This document shows, one piece after another, positions 25,701 through 43,700 of a DNA stretch of 64,000 nt. The stretch is from contig JBBPEB010000013.1 of the NCBI GenBank assembly GCA_039096225.1, positions 1,488,001 through 1,552,000 on the forward strand, written 5' to 3'. Within the stretch, counting starts at the first letter, position 1. The number at the start of each line of letters is the position of its first letter. The translations under genes and the position numbers were made by a program. The notes under the pieces are model-generated. The model worked only from the letters and a program-made list of their open reading frames with translations. It was not told where the DNA came from and searched no databases. The DNA is from Blastocystis sp. Blastoise. Taxonomy: Eukaryota > Protista > Bigyra: Opalinata.

Positions 25701-28700
25701 ACCAACTTGGAAACATATATATTGAGGTAATAAATAATCATTAGGAATAAGAGATAAAATAGTATTATATTCATTATTATTTATTAAACCAGTTTCTATA
25801 CCATCATTTAATGAATCAATAACACAATCTTGAGATGATTTTACTAATTTATATTTATTATTAATAGTAAATAATAATATATTTCCATTAATATTAATAG
25901 GTAAATCATAAGAAACTTGATTAGGTGAAATAAATATATATTGTTCACCAGTAGTAGATGATAATGATAATGGATTAATACTTATAGTTATATTTTCATA
26001 TTCTCTCCAACCATAGAAATTATGATTATAACATAATTTATATGTTGTAGGATTAGTAAATATATAACTAATAATAGAAGTATTATCATTAGATCCTTCA
26101 AGAGTACTTATAAGAGAAATATATGTATTACAATTTTCAATAATAGGTATAAATTTAATAGTTTCATCATGAATATTAAGTGAAGTACCAGATATACTAA
26201 TAGGAATATTAGAATCACCATTAGGTAATTTCATATTAGGATTAGGTACAGAAATATATGAAACCCATTCATTATGACTAATAGAATCAAGACTAACAAC
26301 TTTAATAATAGTATTTTCTAATTTATAAACAACTAAATTCTTAAAGATATAACAAATATTTAATTCATCATATCCTTGACTAATAGTAATAGGAATTACA
26401 TGAGATTCAGTCATATTATAAATTATACTATTATTATCAATATTACAATCATTATTTGGTAATACAAAATAGAATTGATCTTCAGGTAATAAACCATTAC
26501 CAGTAAATTTAAATATAGCTTCTTCATTCTTAAGTATATGTTGCATAGTATGAATTGATATAGAATTAATATATACATCATTAATATATACAACAGTAAG
26601 AGTAAAGTTATTATATTCAATAAATTGATCTAATTCATCATTATATTGTTTAAATTTATAACATAAAGATAAAGTATTCTTATAATATATTGAAGATAAA
26701 TCAAAAGTACCTTTCTTTTCATTATTAATAAATGAACTTACAAGATTATTATTAACATCATTACAATCAGAATTAGGTAATACAAATTTAGCATAATCAC
26801 CATTACCAATATTAATACCTTCAAAAGTAATAGTAGCAGGAATAGTAGATGTAACATAAATTGTATCAGTAAAACCACTATAATGTATATGTTTAAGATC
26901 TTTTGTAGTAATAGTAATTGATGTAGATTTCCATTCATTATTATAATAGAAACATAATTTATATTTATCTTCAATAGCTTCATTAAAAGTATAAGTAATA
27001 GAATAACCATTAATAGAATCAATAGTATGTACAGAATTTTCATTACATTCATCATTTATATAAACAAATGAGAATTGATATGGTTGATTAAGATATTCAA
27101 GGGAACCAACTAATGTAATAGTTTCAGTAACAATAGGAGATTGAGGAGTTAAAACAATTATTCTATCATTAATCTTATCAGAACTTTCAATATAATAAGA
27201 TTTAATATCCATATATATAGAATTAGTACTATAATAAGTCATATCATACCATTCATCACCATTTTCAAATTTATAACAAACTTTATAACGACCATCTTTT
27301 ACAAATAATAAAGTATTATCTACTTCATTATTAACTATTGATGATTGTCTATCAAATTCATTATCAATAGAACATGATTCATATGCAAATTTAATCATAT
27401 CATTACCTAATAATACACCATTAACAGATATTTTATTTGTACGTTGAGAATTTATAAAAGGAATATTTAAACCAACAACCCATTCAGTAGGTTCAATAGA
27501 TAATAAATCTTTTACAGATAATAAAGTATTATCTATAGAATAAATAATATCTAAAGAACCAAATTTATAACAACCTTTGTATAAAATACCTGTATTTTGT
27601 AATATAACATTATCAAAAGTAACAATAGTATGTTCATCATTTATACTAGAAACAGTAGTAAATGAAGATATAGAGATAAAATCACATGATAAATCAGATT
27701 TAATCCAAGCAATAGAATCTTGATTAGAAAATCCTTCACCTTCAATCATAATTGTAGTAGGAACACGTCTAACTACAAATGTACGATCTTTAATACCAGT
27801 AATAGATATTACACGTAATTTTTGAGATAATAATTGATAACCAATATTTTCATTATCAAGATAACATACAGATAATGAAGAATAACCAATATTAAATAAA
27901 ACATTAACTTGTAATTGATTATTATTATTATTATAATATACATTTACTGGTTCAATAACAGATTCATCTTCACAAGATTCACTTAAAACAAATTTAACTT
28001 TATTTAAAGGAGCAATATTATCACTATAGAAAGTAATAACACTATTTTGTCTAGCAATTATAATAGAAGGAGAATATGTAATATCAGTAAAACCAATATT
28101 AATATTAAATTGATCAACAACATAAGCATTATTATTATCTAATAATTTAACACAAATACGATTAATATTTTCATTAAGAATTACAGAAGTAATAGCATAT
28201 AAATCATTATTAATAAGGTTCAAAGTATGATATTCAATTGTTGTATCATCACAAGAATGTTCTTTATTAGTTAAAGCAATAGAATCTTTATTAATAATTG
28301 AATTATGAAGTAAATATAATGTACTTTCAATATTTTCACGTAAATATTTAGGATATATAGAAATAATTTCTACAGAACGAACTTGAATATTTTCATAAAT
28401 ATTAAAAGAACTTACATAATCTAAATTAGCATATTTATAACATAACATATTACTGTTATAAGCTTTATCAAAAGAATAAGTAGCACTATTCTTAGTAACA
28501 GCAACAACATTATTATTATCAAAACATGAATTCTTTGTAAATTTAATATGATCACAATTAATAGAATCTTCAGTAGTACAAGAATGAATACCAATACCTT
28601 CAAAAACATATGTTTGTTCATTCTTAATATAAACAGATAAAGATGATTGATCAATAGTAGAAATCTTAGTAATATCATAAAGATGTAATGTAAATTGTTC

Positions 28701-31700
28701 ATATTTAATAGAAGCTTCATAAGTAGATAATGTTAATACTTTAGTACAAACTTCATTATTAAAACAATAACATAATTTTATTTTTCCATCAGATTTAGAA
28801 TTAATAGATGAAGTAAAACTTAATAAAATTTCATTATTATTTAAAGTATAACCTGTACCAACAGCATCTTCATTACATTCAAAATTAACAAATTTAATTG
28901 TATCAAATTCAGAATTAAGATCATTTCCACGTAAAGTTAAATATTCATTATGATAATTATTAACAACAACATTAGATGTATATTGATCAACAGTAACATA
29001 ATGAATAGTTAAAGGAATATTATAATAAGCAAAATCTGAATTAGGGAATTTGAAACATGGATATACATTATTCATATCAGTAAACATATAAGAAATATCA
29101 GGAGTACATAAACTAACATAAGTAACAATAATATCAGAAGTATAAACACATTTATTAACATTTTCAGGAACAAAGAATACCATAGCATTTTCAGAAGCTT
29201 TCTTTCCATTAAATATAATATTATAAAGATTAATAGTATCACAATTATTAAAAGTAAATTCAATAATAATATCTTTTATAAGAATATTCTTAGTAAATTG
29301 TAAACTATAAGAATTAGAAGTAGTTTCAATAGAATATATATTAGAATAAAGTTTATTATTTATATTAAGTTTAGATAATATAGATATAGTAACATCACTA
29401 TTAATATTAGAAGATAATTCTAAATTAATATAATTAATAAAGTATAATTCATTAAAATGAATAGTAACAGAAGCTTTATTATTTATATCTTTAGTAAATG
29501 TAGCATATGTTTCAGAACTAATATCTTTAATAGATTCAATAGATGTATCTTCTATAATAGAACTATATTGAGAAATTACCCATTCATTTGTATCAATAGT
29601 AGTAAAAGTAGAACACATAGATTCACCTAAACCACTACCAATAAATGATAACATATTATTATAATTTATAACAATAGGTTTATCTGAAGTAATAGATTGA
29701 AGAGTAGAAGCATAAAGTTTAATATCTTTATATTCATGAACATATTGATTATCAAATTTATAACATAATTTATAATATCCATTATTAGATATAGGTAATG
29801 TAATAATAATCTTAGAATCTTTTACTTTAGAATAATTATCAATAGAACCACCACAGTCTAGATAATCTTCAGGTAAAAATATAGCAAAATCATTATCACT
29901 AATACCAGTACCAAATAATGTAACTTCAATAGGAATATTAGAAACTATAGCATCATTTGATTCAATAGAATTAATTTCAATAGCAGATAAAGTAATATCA
30001 TTGAAAAGAGTCCATTTATTATTAATATTAATACATAATTTATAATTATAACCAGCTTTAGTAAATATAACATTACCAGTATTATTTTCACTAATAACTA
30101 AGTATGAATTACCAGAAACACTATTAGCTAATATACAATCTATATCTGATGAGACACCACTCTCAACAAACATAAATTCTTGATTAGGATTAGTAATAGG
30201 TTTATTATTATTATCAAGAATATAGAATATCTTTTCAACACCAACAATAGCAGTATTATTAGAAAGAGAACCTATATCATCAATTGTAGATATAGTCTTA
30301 ACAAATACTTGAATATTATAACTAGCATGGAATGATTTCTCATTAGGATATTTAACACATAAATATTTCATTCCAGAAGTTATTAACCATGTACTAAAAG
30401 TTAATTTAGTATTATCATCAATATCTTTTCGTAATATAATACCAGTATCTAAATCATTTTCACATAATATATTTTCAGAAACAAATTTAACACGAGTTTC
30501 TTCTATATATTCACCAATAAGAATAAATGTATTTCTAGTATTAACATATACTTCATTAGGAGTAATACTAGCAAATCCACTAACTTTTATAGTAGATATC
30601 ATTAATTTATAATCATCATCTTTATGAGTCTTTAAACATATTCTTAAATTATCACTTATATCATAAATAGAAGCAATAATATGAGAATCATCATTAATTG
30701 TTATTTCATAATTATTTATAGAATTAATACGAGCAAATAAATTATTATCATTAGAATTACAATCATCACCAGAAAGTAAAAATTTAACATTAGAATTAGC
30801 TAAACCATAACCAATAAAAGTAATATCAGTAGGAGAACCAGCATAAAGTTCTTTAGGAATAATATCTTCATAATGAGTAGAACTTATACTAAGAGTAATA
30901 GAATCATAATATATAGGTATATCTGATAAAGTCTTAAATGTATAACATAAATGATAAACTTTATTATTATCATTAGATGTAAAATTATAATAACCAAATA
31001 ATTTATTATCTATAATTGATTCATAAGATATTTCATCTTCATTATTAATACTATTACAATCATTACCTAAAATAAATTTAGCTATATCTCCTTTATTAAG
31101 ACCACCACCAATGAATCTTATAGGAGTTTCTACTTCATATGAAGCAAAAGAAGGAGATATACTAACAATACGACTAATTGTAAGATCATAAATAGTATTA
31201 ATCTTTGTATTATCATTATAAATATAACATAATTTATAATGATAATAATTAATATCATTAAATAATACAGTCATAATAATTTCATTTGTATTTTCATAAT
31301 AACGATCATTATTATTATTATCTGAAAGAGATAATTTTAAGCTACCATAGAATCTTAATCCATCTTCACAAGTATGTTCAATAGGTACAAAATATGCTTT
31401 ATCATTAATTTCAGGACTATTTACAGACAATATAATATCATATTCAGTATTCCAAGGAATTATAGAAGGAGTTAAGCCATTTACAGAATAATTAATAACT
31501 TCAACTTTCATTGCACCACCAATAAATAAGAAGTAATTATCATAAATAGATTTATATTGTGAGAAATAATAACAAGTAGCATATATACCATATTCGGTAA
31601 AGATAGGTTCAATAGACATATTACTATCTATTGTATATATAGTATTATCTATAGTATTACATTCAGATAATTTCATATTTTCATGATAAGGTATAAATTT

Positions 31701-34700
31701 AACATGATCACCAACAGAAACATCATTATTATTATTATTATTTATATTATTATAACCAGTATATTTAAATATCTTAGATTTATTAATAATAATAGTATTT
31801 GTACTAACAGATTGAATATCAATAATTGATGTAGTTACAGAAGGAATAAATGAATAAGAAGATTCACCAAATTTATAACATATACCAAATAAACCACCAT
31901 AATTAAATTTAGTATATGCAGTAGATGAACAATGATCAATTTCAACTTCTTCACCTTCAAAACTATTACAATCTTCACTTGTAAATGTATTAAATTGATT
32001 ACTAGGTATAAACTTCACTTTATCCTTTACCATTGAAATATTAATATCACTATTAATAAATGATAATTTAAGACCTCTTAAAATAATCTTATTACCACCA
32101 CAGTTATTAAGAATTAATTTAAGATATCTAGTATTTATCTTAACGTCTTTAGTTTGATAACCATTATAATTTTGTATATAATTATCTAATGTAGCAACAG
32201 TAAAGAAAGGACCAGTAATTGAATTACTTATTTGTAATTTAATTGATTTAATAGCATTTTCACCAAAAATTGTATCAATAGTTAATGAAGAAATTGATTT
32301 CTTTTCTTGTAAATCTAATATAATCCATGAATCTTCTATAGTAGATATACTTTGAGTACATTTATTATAACCACCTTGAATAAATGTATAACTCTTATCT
32401 ATATTATAAGAGAAAATATTTTGTATATCTTGTTTATTATTATTATCATCATCAATTATTTGAGATATATAATCACATGTATTTTCTATCCATTTAGTAT
32501 TATAAATTGTTTCTTTATTTTGACATAATTCATATTTAGGCATACTAGACTCACTAGAATAAATAAATGTTAATGGTAAATATTCATTAATGAAATTTCT
32601 ACCAGATTCTATATTTTGTCCACGAATACCATAAAGATTTCTTACATCATAAACTGATATAGATAATAAATTAGAATTAATAAATATATAATTATTATCT
32701 ATAGATAATCTATGTTTATAACATAATTTTGAATTAGAAATAACTTGATTAAACATAATACTAAATTCTTTATTATTATTAACAATACCATCTTGTTCTA
32801 AAGTTAATTGATCATCTACATTATTACAATCAGTAGAAGTAGATTTTACAAACATAACTTTATCACCAGAAGAAATACCTTTAGAACCAATAAATTTATA
32901 TGTTACATATGTATTAAGAGGAGCATATGTAGGATAAATTGCTAATATTTCACTAACATAAACATTTATATTAGGATAATATATAAATTCATCAATATCA
33001 TTAAATTTATAACATAATTTATAAGTTTGAATATTTTGTTGATCTTGACTAGGGAATATAAATAATGCACTATCAACACTTATAGTTTGTTGAATACTAG
33101 AATCATTAGAACAATTATCATCTAAAACCCATTTAGCTATATCACCAGTATTAACACTATTAATATAACCATTAAAAGTAATCTTAGATTCTACATTAGC
33201 CACCACACCAATTGTAGAAGGAGCTAAAATTTCTTTAACTTTAATAGAAGTTGTTGATAATAAAGTCCATACATTATTATAATTAATACAAAATTTATAT
33301 TCAGAATCAAAACCATTATTAAATATTATATTAGCTTTCTTATTAATTACATTAAATTCTTCAGAATTTTCAGAACAATCATTTCCATTAGGAATATACT
33401 TTATTAATATAGTATCAGATAAATCTAATACAGAACCAGATATTGTTATAGTAATAGTATTAGGAGCATAAGTAACAATATTAGATGGTTCAATATTAAT
33501 TTCAACATCATAAACTTGAATAGAAAGTATTTTCTTAAAAGATTCTTCATTAGCAAATTTATAACATACAGATAAAGATAAAGGAGAAACATCAATATTT
33601 ACATTAGGAATAGTAACACTTGTTAAAGTAATTATAGCACTAATATCAATATAAGATGAATCAGTACATTCTTTATTACTTTCTATAATCTTATAACTAT
33701 CACTATTAGTAAATCCATAACCTTGAATTAATATATTCTTTGATATATTCTTATATAATATATTAGTATCTTGATTTATTATACCAGAAGAATATGTTTC
33801 ACCAATAACTTCATAATTACTTGTTTCACTTATATATAATTTCATTATAATAGGACCAACAAAATTAACAATACCACAATATTGATCATTATCATTATTA
33901 TTTTGATAATTAAAGTTTACAAATTCATTAGAATTATATAATGATTCAACTCTTATAAAAGAATTTATATTAGGATTTTCTACATCCATATTTATACAAG
34001 TATTTTGATTTACAATCATTGATTTTATTATAACATTATTATAACCCATAATATAATAATTTTGTTCTTTAATAAATAGAGTACCTTGATAATAATAACA
34101 TAATTTAAATGATGAAGCAGAAGATGTATTCATAATAACATAATAGTAATCATCTTGTTCATTATACATAATATTTTCTAAATTATCAGTATTACATTGT
34201 TCTTCATTATTAACAATACTAAATTTATCAAATGTTGATACAGATAATCCTTTAAATATTGATATAGAATTACTATTAATATCTCTACTTATCTTATTTA
34301 CAAACATTTCATTATTCAAAATATTTACAGAAGGAATAGATACAGTTATTGTAATAGGAGATTTAATCATAATTTGATTATGTAATTTATAACATATAGA
34401 AAGTATAGAATCATCAGAAATAGTATTAGGAATTGTAAAATGAACATTATTTTCTTTATCAATTATAGAAGTACTAATAATATCTTCACAATTATTATTA
34501 TTAACTATATTAACAATATCATTTTCTTCAATACCATAACCATTAATATGAATAATAGATTCTTGTGATTTAGTAACAAATTGAGGTTTCATTGAAGTTA
34601 TTTCACTTGAAATTATACTTAAAGAATCAATCATAATCCATTTATTATCCATAAGTAAACACATAGAATATAAGCCAGCAGATAATTTAACTGTTACAGA

Positions 34701-37700
34701 ATTATCAACATAATTAGCTAATTTATAATTATTATTACAATCTTGATTATTTTCATTCTTATTATATAAACGAATATAACTATTATAATTTGTTAAACCA
34801 GTAATAGATATAACCGTTTCTATATTAGCATTAATAAAATTAATTGATGATTGAATATTATAAATATATATCTTAGGAGTATTAAGTAATACAACCCCAC
34901 CACGAGCTATATAACATAATTTAGCATAACCAGGCTTTATAAATTCAATAGTTGATGCACCACCAACAACTATAGATTTTGTACTAACTTGATTAATTTC
35001 ATCTAAACATTCATCATCATTATTAACATTATCATTAACAAAATAGAAAGATTCTATATATTCTAAAGAAGAACCTTCTAAATTTAATTCATATGATAAA
35101 CCAACATTATAATTATTATTATTATTATTATTTATAATAGAATAACCTGTAACATCAATTATTTGTAACTTATTATTAGGATATAATTTAAATGGCTTAT
35201 TACCATACTTAAAGCATAACATAGCATTATTAACACCTTCAGTAAATATAAATGTATTTGTTAAAGTACAAGAAGATATTATACCATTATTATTATTCAT
35301 AGAAATAGAAGGTAATAAATCACAATCATTATCATTATTTGCATTAATAACATATTTTATTGTATGATCTATAGGCATTACATAACCATTAAATTGAATA
35401 CTATTAAAAGTTATTTGATTTTTAGCAGATACTTCATCAAGATCATTTGCAAAATTATCAATAAATTCTAAACGAATCTTATTTGTAATTAAAGGTATAA
35501 TAGTATGTACTTCATCTTGACTAATTATACTTATAATTTCTTCAGAATATATATATTCATCATTATCATTTATATAATATACTTTTATAGTCTTAGGAGA
35601 AGTAGATATACCAACACCATAATAAATTGATATACTATTAATAGTATATTTATTTATTAAATTAAATTCTATAATACTAAATTCATCTTTATTTAATGAC
35701 ATATTAATATCAGAAGTATCTATTAAATCAGATAAAGTATAAATATTTTGATTACAATGTTCACAATTAACACGTACATCATTTATAAAATTATTATTAT
35801 TATTAAGATTTATAATATTTGTATTAGGACAGAAAATATTCATATTATTACCATTAAATTGAATATCAATAGGTTTATTCTTAAGACCTATAATTTCTGT
35901 ATTAGATTCAATACTTACAATTGGTATATTAATATTATAATATAACCAATTAGAATTTTCATATTGTACACAAATACCAGATTTTATAGTATCTTTATAT
36001 ATTATAAATGAACCCATATTCTCTTTAATAGTAACAATATTAGATATACGATAAGATTCTATACAATAATTATTTGTTATTATAGTTTCATCAGATGAAT
36101 CAACAAAGAATATATTAATTAAAGTCTTATTCATATAACCTTCACCATCAAATGTAATAAGTTCATTATTATTTTTAATAATATATTCAGGTTCTTCTAT
36201 AGAATTCATCTTTACAACAGATAAACTTATATCATTATAATATGAATAAATTGAACTATCTTGTCTCTTAACACACATAATCAAATCAGTATATACTTCA
36301 GTAAATATAAATGTAAATACATTATTTTCAGGTATTTGAGTTATATGTAAGAAATTATCAATAGAACATTCAATACTTTCTGCTAAAATCCAACCAACTT
36401 CTTCAATATGCTCATCAATAGGGAATTCTATAGTCTTAGTAATATTAACAAAAGCAATATTAAGGAATTCTGAAGAAGTAATATCATTAATTATATTATG
36501 TTCATTTACTTGAATATTAATAGAATCAATCTTATAATATTTATTATTTATATTATAACATAATACTAATAAATCAGAGGGTACTCTAGGATTATATATA
36601 AAGCTATCATTTATTATATTTATAGGATTATATTGAATAGCTAATTCATCATTACAATCAATTGTAATAGGAACAAATTTAATCATATCATTATCATGTA
36701 TATTATTTCCATTTATTGTAACATTATATTCATTATTTATTGTAAATATAGTTTCACTAATTGATTGAATATCATAAATATTTAATATAGATGAAGTAAA
36801 TATAGCATTTTCTTCATTATTTAATTTATAACAAATATTTACACTATTATAAGTATTATCTATATTAATATTTATATTATGATTTGAATCTACTATATAT
36901 GTATTAATAACATTATCAATACAACTATTAGATGAAACTAATATAATAGAATCATTTTCATTTAATCCATTAACAGAAATAATATTTTCTTTATTAGCTA
37001 AAATAGAATCTTGACTTAATTGTATATCAATTGTTTGCATTCTTCTTAATCTATTATTATTATTGTTAATAGTACTAGTATTACTAGTAGTACTATCATT
37101 ATCATCATTATTATTATTAAGAGATTTTATTACAAACACATTTGATATAGAAATAGACTTTGGTAAATTCCAAATAGTACATATATTTACTTCAGTATCA
37201 ATATCAACATTAGGTAAATTAACATACCATAAATCATTTTCTTTTATAGCATCAAATGATTTAGATATACAACCATTTGTTGAAAAATAAAGAGATTCAA
37301 TATATTGAATATAATTAGAATAAATTGTTATATTAGATAATTTATTTGATTCTAAAGTAGATAAACTATAACTAACTTCTATATTAGATATAGATATTTC
37401 ATTATGTTTTATCCAATAATTATTATTTACATTCTTAACACATAATTTAGAATTATTATTTATTATAATATTATTATTCATATTAATCATACCAGTACAA
37501 GGAATAATAGGAATACTATTATCATCATTACATTGAGAATTATCAGTTGTTAAGAAATTTACATAATAATTAGGTTCACTTATAGAAGGTAAAACATATA
37601 CTTTAATATCATTAATAACTTGATCTTTATTTAATATATTAATTAAAATATATTTACCAAGAATAGCCATATTATTTTCAGAAATAATATCATACCAACC

Positions 37701-40700
37701 TTCATTTTCTTCAGTTATATTAATAGTATTATCAAAGAATAAATATTTACCAGATGAAATACTTTCAGAAATATATATTTTCATAGATTGTACTTCATTA
37801 CTATGAATACCTAAATAAATTGATATCTTATAAATAGATTGTATACTATCTAAAGATAATTGAATAAATGAATTATCTTCAGTAAATTTAATAGAAGTAT
37901 ATTTATTATTATCTATAAGATAATTATTATTTTCAGTATTACTACTAATAATACCATTAATATTACTTTCAATTAATGTTATACTTGACATATCACATAT
38001 ATCATCTATAATAATTTGTTTATTAGTATTTTGTAATAAATTTATCTTCTTATTTTCAGGTATAGATTCAACTTCAATTGATAAATTATCATAATATATT
38101 ATATTTGAACCTTTAGAATAACAAATATAATAATTACCAATAGAAGTAAATTGTAAACGAGCAATCTTACCATCAAATGATGATATAATTATATTATCAT
38201 TAGAACAATCATTTTGTATAGGACTAAATAATAATTTATCACTTTCATCATAATTAAGAACATTTAATTCAATATAAGATATTTCATTAATATAAGTCTT
38301 TTTAGTTATTAATTCAAATATACCAGTAGGTTGAATTGTATAATTACTATATAATATCCATGAATTTGTATTAAATTTATAACATAATTTATAATTATTA
38401 ATTAATTCATAATCAATAGTATTAATTGTTATATGAGCTTCATGATTATTATCAATAATACTTAAACCAATATTCTTATTATTATTTATATTACAATTAT
38501 TATTAGGAGTATACATAACTTGATCATTCTCTTTAATACCAATACCTTCAAATTTTATTATATTTTCTTTATTTAAATTAAGTATAACATTTTCAGGACC
38601 AGTAATACTAGCAATAGATATAGCTAATTCTTCATATTTCTTATATTCATCATTATCACCAAATTTATAACAGAAATCATATTCATTAGAACCAATAACT
38701 TGTAAAATCCAATCATAAGAACCAGCAATACGAATTTGTGCAAATGGTTCTTCAATATCACATGATTCACCTTTAATTACATAACGAGCAGTACCAATAA
38801 TATAATTAAGAGTACCAATTAAAGGTATATAAATATCATTAATCTTATTAGGTTCATTAGATGTAATAATACCATTAAAGAATTTTGTAGTATCAATACG
38901 TATAGATTGTTCTTCAACAATAAACTTTGTATCTAATGTAACTAATTGAGGTAAAGATGAAATAAAGAAATATATAGTATATTCACCAGAATATTCAAAT
39001 TTAACAGTAGATAAATGACCTTGTTCATCAATAATACTAGAATCAATAGAATATGAAATACTATCACTATCTAAAGTAAATCTAACATAATCATTAATAC
39101 TTAAATAATAATTATCATCTAATATAGTATATAAATTAATATCTACATTATTTAACCAAGTATATCTATTTAATTCAATAGAACTATAAATATCAACACT
39201 TAAACTCATTGGAATATATTCAATAGATTCTTTATATAAAATACATAATTTTATATTTCTAGATGCTTTAGTAAATGTAACACTTGTTTCTTCTTCTAAT
39301 AATAATTCAGTAACTTCTTCATTATTATGTAATACATTTATACCAGTTTCATCACAAGTATCACGTACAAACTTTAATTTATCACCATTTATTACAAGAC
39401 CATTAAAACTAATTATCTTTTCAACATTCTTAACAAATGATAAAGTAGAAGAAACTTCAATACCACGTACATTTATACTAATATCAGGTCTTACAATAGA
39501 TCCAGTATTATATTTATAACATAAAGAATATTGTGCTGATGTTGTAAAAGTATATATAATACCATTAATATTATATGGTACCCAAGTATTACTAGCAACA
39601 TTAGAACAATCTTCATTATTTAATATAAAAGTAAGTGAATCTTTAGTAGATAAACCACTACCTCTAATATAAAAAGTAGTCTTAACATTAACTTGAGCAT
39701 ATGTAGGTTCAATTGAAGATAAACCTAATATATTTACAATATAATCTTCATAAGCAACATAATTATTATTATTATTAAATTTATAACAAACCATTAATTT
39801 ACTTTCAGATTGAGAATTAAATAATAAATCAATTTGTTTATTTTCATTTACATTATATTCTAAACTATTATCTTGACAAGTAATATCAGTTATAGGTACT
39901 AAACGAATCTTATCACCAGATTTAATACCATAACCTTTAACATCAATAGTATAAGATTGTAATGCAGCAATATCTTTTATTTCTTGATTATTTATACTTA
40001 ATTGTTCAAATTTTTGTATCCAAATAGATTTATTAAGAGATTTAGTTATACCTAAATTCTTTAAAGATATTTCAAATGGTTCATCACTAACAGGTATAGT
40101 TATATCAACTTCATTTGTAGTAATAGGAATAATAATAGGATCACTAACAGAAGAAGATGTAAATATAAGTGAATTATCTTTAGTTTGAGTAATAGGACCA
40201 TTTATAGTAAATTTAATAGTTTTATATGTATTTTCAGTAATAACAGTATTTATATCATTATAAGATATACTATGTTCATTAACAAAAATTGTTAATGAAC
40301 CAACATATTCAGATGTTCTAGCTATAATCGAATTATAACAGAAATAATAAATAGTATCTTCATTTATATTAAATGCAGGTAAAGTTTCTATATAAGTAAA
40401 ACCAGTTGCTTCATTATATTTAACCTTCTGGAAATCATGTAAAGTACAATCAGTTGTAGTACCAATAGACCAATAATCATCTTTATCTAAATTAGTACCC
40501 ATAAATGTAAATGGTTGATTATCAATTGAATATTCATTAGGATAACTATAACCAGAAATCCAAGAATTAATAGAAAAACCACTTAAATTAACAACTTTAA
40601 TATTACTAGACATAGCATATTTATATATAGAATCAGTAAAACTAACACAAATAGATAATAATGAAGAAGATTCATCAATAGGTAAAGTTACAATACCATT

Positions 40701-43700
40701 AGTTAATGGTAAATATTCTAAACCTTCTGTATAACAAGAAGCAGATACAGCAAAATATGTATGGGTTTCATCACAAGATGGACTTTCACAAATAATATTA
40801 TTAAATGTATGTACACCTTCAGTATTCGATACAATTGCATTCATCTTTGATCCAAAACGGACTTGACGTCTTGTTATTATAACAGAATTATCATCAGAAT
40901 ATTCACCTTGATTATATTTATAACAAACTCTATATTCACTATTAGAAATTGTATTAGTTATAATAAAATGAGATTCAGTAAGACTATCTACAATAATAGA
41001 AACTTCATCAATTAATGATACATCATTACAAGAATTTGAAACAATTTTTACTTTATCATATTTTGATATAGATGAACCAATTATACTAAATTGATTATCA
41101 GTACCAACAGGAATAAAGAATGATGGAGATATAGTAATTTTATTAGATTCAACAGATATTATACTTAAATTAGAATCATAATATATATTATCATTTAATA
41201 ATGAATATTTATAACATATCTTATATGTACCACTATGTGTTAATAATATTTCATATTCATTATCTATATTATTATTATAAATAGTAACACTAGATAAATC
41301 AATATTTTCACAATTTTGATTTGATAATGTAATAAATAATGAATCATTTTCATTTAAGAAAATACCTTCAACATTTATCTTTGATAATATATTAGTATTA
41401 ATTTGATTAGGAGTAATAGAAGATAATTGAATAATATTTAATTTATCATTTAACATATATTCTTGTTCATCAGAATATAAAGCACAAATATTCCATTGAC
41501 CAGCTATAAGATTAACTCTAAAAGTAATTATATTAGGTAAAAGAGTTGTAGCAGTAGCAGTATAACCATCAATACATTCATCAGATTGAGTTAAACGTAA
41601 TCTAACATTATTCATATTATTACCATTAAATGATACAATACTAATAGAATTATAAAGTATATAATCTTTTTCTAATTCAACATAATTAGTAGGTATAACA
41701 AGATTTAATAAATCATAAGTAGAACCAGGGAATTTATAACATAATAATACTTTTTCTACATTCTTATTAATACGTATACTAGTTATTTTATTAACTAATA
41801 TAGAATCATCACTAACTATTGTATTTATATTAGAACAATCAAGTGATGTAGCAGAAATATCATATTTTATAAATCTTATTTCAGTATTATCAGGATATGT
41901 ACCATCAATATATATTTGTTTATATAAACCTATAGGTATATATTTTTCATTACCATCAATAAATTTATAACTAGTAATACTATTAACACTAACAATATTA
42001 TTATATCTATAAAATTGATTTTCACCATAAAATTTATAACAAATATTAAATTCTTCATTTGATGGTAATAAAGCATAAGTAGATGCTTCACAATCATTTA
42101 TATCAATAGTATTAATAATTTCAGAAGAAATAGATGTATTACATTCAGAACCTTTACTAATAATCTTCATAATACTATTATTAGAACATTCAGAACTAAA
42201 TATAGATATTTTACCCATATGCATATTAGATACATTATCTTTTGAAATAATTAAACGAATAGATTGAGTTTGTTTTCTAATAGTACCACTAGAAATATAT
42301 TCATTTATTATATTCTTACGTTGAATTTCACCAAAAGTATAATATTGATTATCTTTAGAATAACTAATTATAATATTATCTACAGATTCTTCATCCATAA
42401 AATAAAATTTAATTTCATCAATTAATTGACATCTAGCTAAATTAATTTCTATAATAGCTTCATTATTCATAATATTTATATAATTTGTATTATCTTCATA
42501 TAAATTATCTATAATAGATATATTATCCATATTACTTATAGTAGTACCAGAAATTAAACTATTTATCCAATAACTATCTTTTGTAATTTCATTAGAAACT
42601 GAACAAATAGAAGAACCTATACCAGTACCACTTACTGTTATCTTACTATTATATATATTATTTATATCAAAAGCATTAATAATTTCTATATTATCTACAG
42701 AACGAACTGATAAAGTTATATTAGAATATAATTTATAATTAAATCTATTAAATGCATAACATAATGGTATGTTTAAACCAGGTTTAATAGCATTAACTTC
42801 AGCTTGATTATCTTCATTTATTATAAATATATTACTATAACGACTACTAGCATCAGAACAATTATCACCAAAGAAACCAAAATCACCAGAATGAATACCA
42901 ATACCAGTAAATGTTATAAGTTCTATATTATTATATGAAATATATGTATTAGATGTTCTTATTACAGAATTAACACTTAAAATAACATTATTATATTTTG
43001 ATTTTGTATTACCATTACTTTGATAAGTACATAATATTGAACTACCTACAATTTCATTTATTGTCATAGTAAATTTATTATTATTAACACGTACAGCATT
43101 AATAATAGGACTATCACAAGAATCATAAGTAAATGAAACTAAATCACCATCAACTATAGCAGAATTATTATTTTCTATTTCAAAAGTAGTTTCATAACCA
43201 ATTACAGTAGATATATTACTACCTTCTAAATCAATTATAAATGATGGTATATTAACTTCAATATTAATATCAGATATATAAACTAAATTATTAATATAAT
43301 AACAGAAATAATAATTTGTAGGTAACATATTAAAATTAACTAATGCAGTCTTTTCATTTATATTACTTATAATAGCATTTACACTATCACATTGTTCACC
43401 ATTTGGTACAAAATGAATAATATCTTCATTAATTATATTATTACCATTAAAAACAATAGACATTGGTATATTATAAACAAGTGTCTTTGGATTTATATCA
43501 GAAATACTAGTAACCATAAATGATATACTTTGAGCAATATAATCATTAAGACCACTAAATTTATAACATATATAAATATTCTCTGGTGTATTAATAGGGA
43601 AATTTACATTAATATTATATTTATTATTTTCATAATTAACTATTATATCATTATTATTATTATTAATACTAATAATATTATTATTACAATCTATAATATC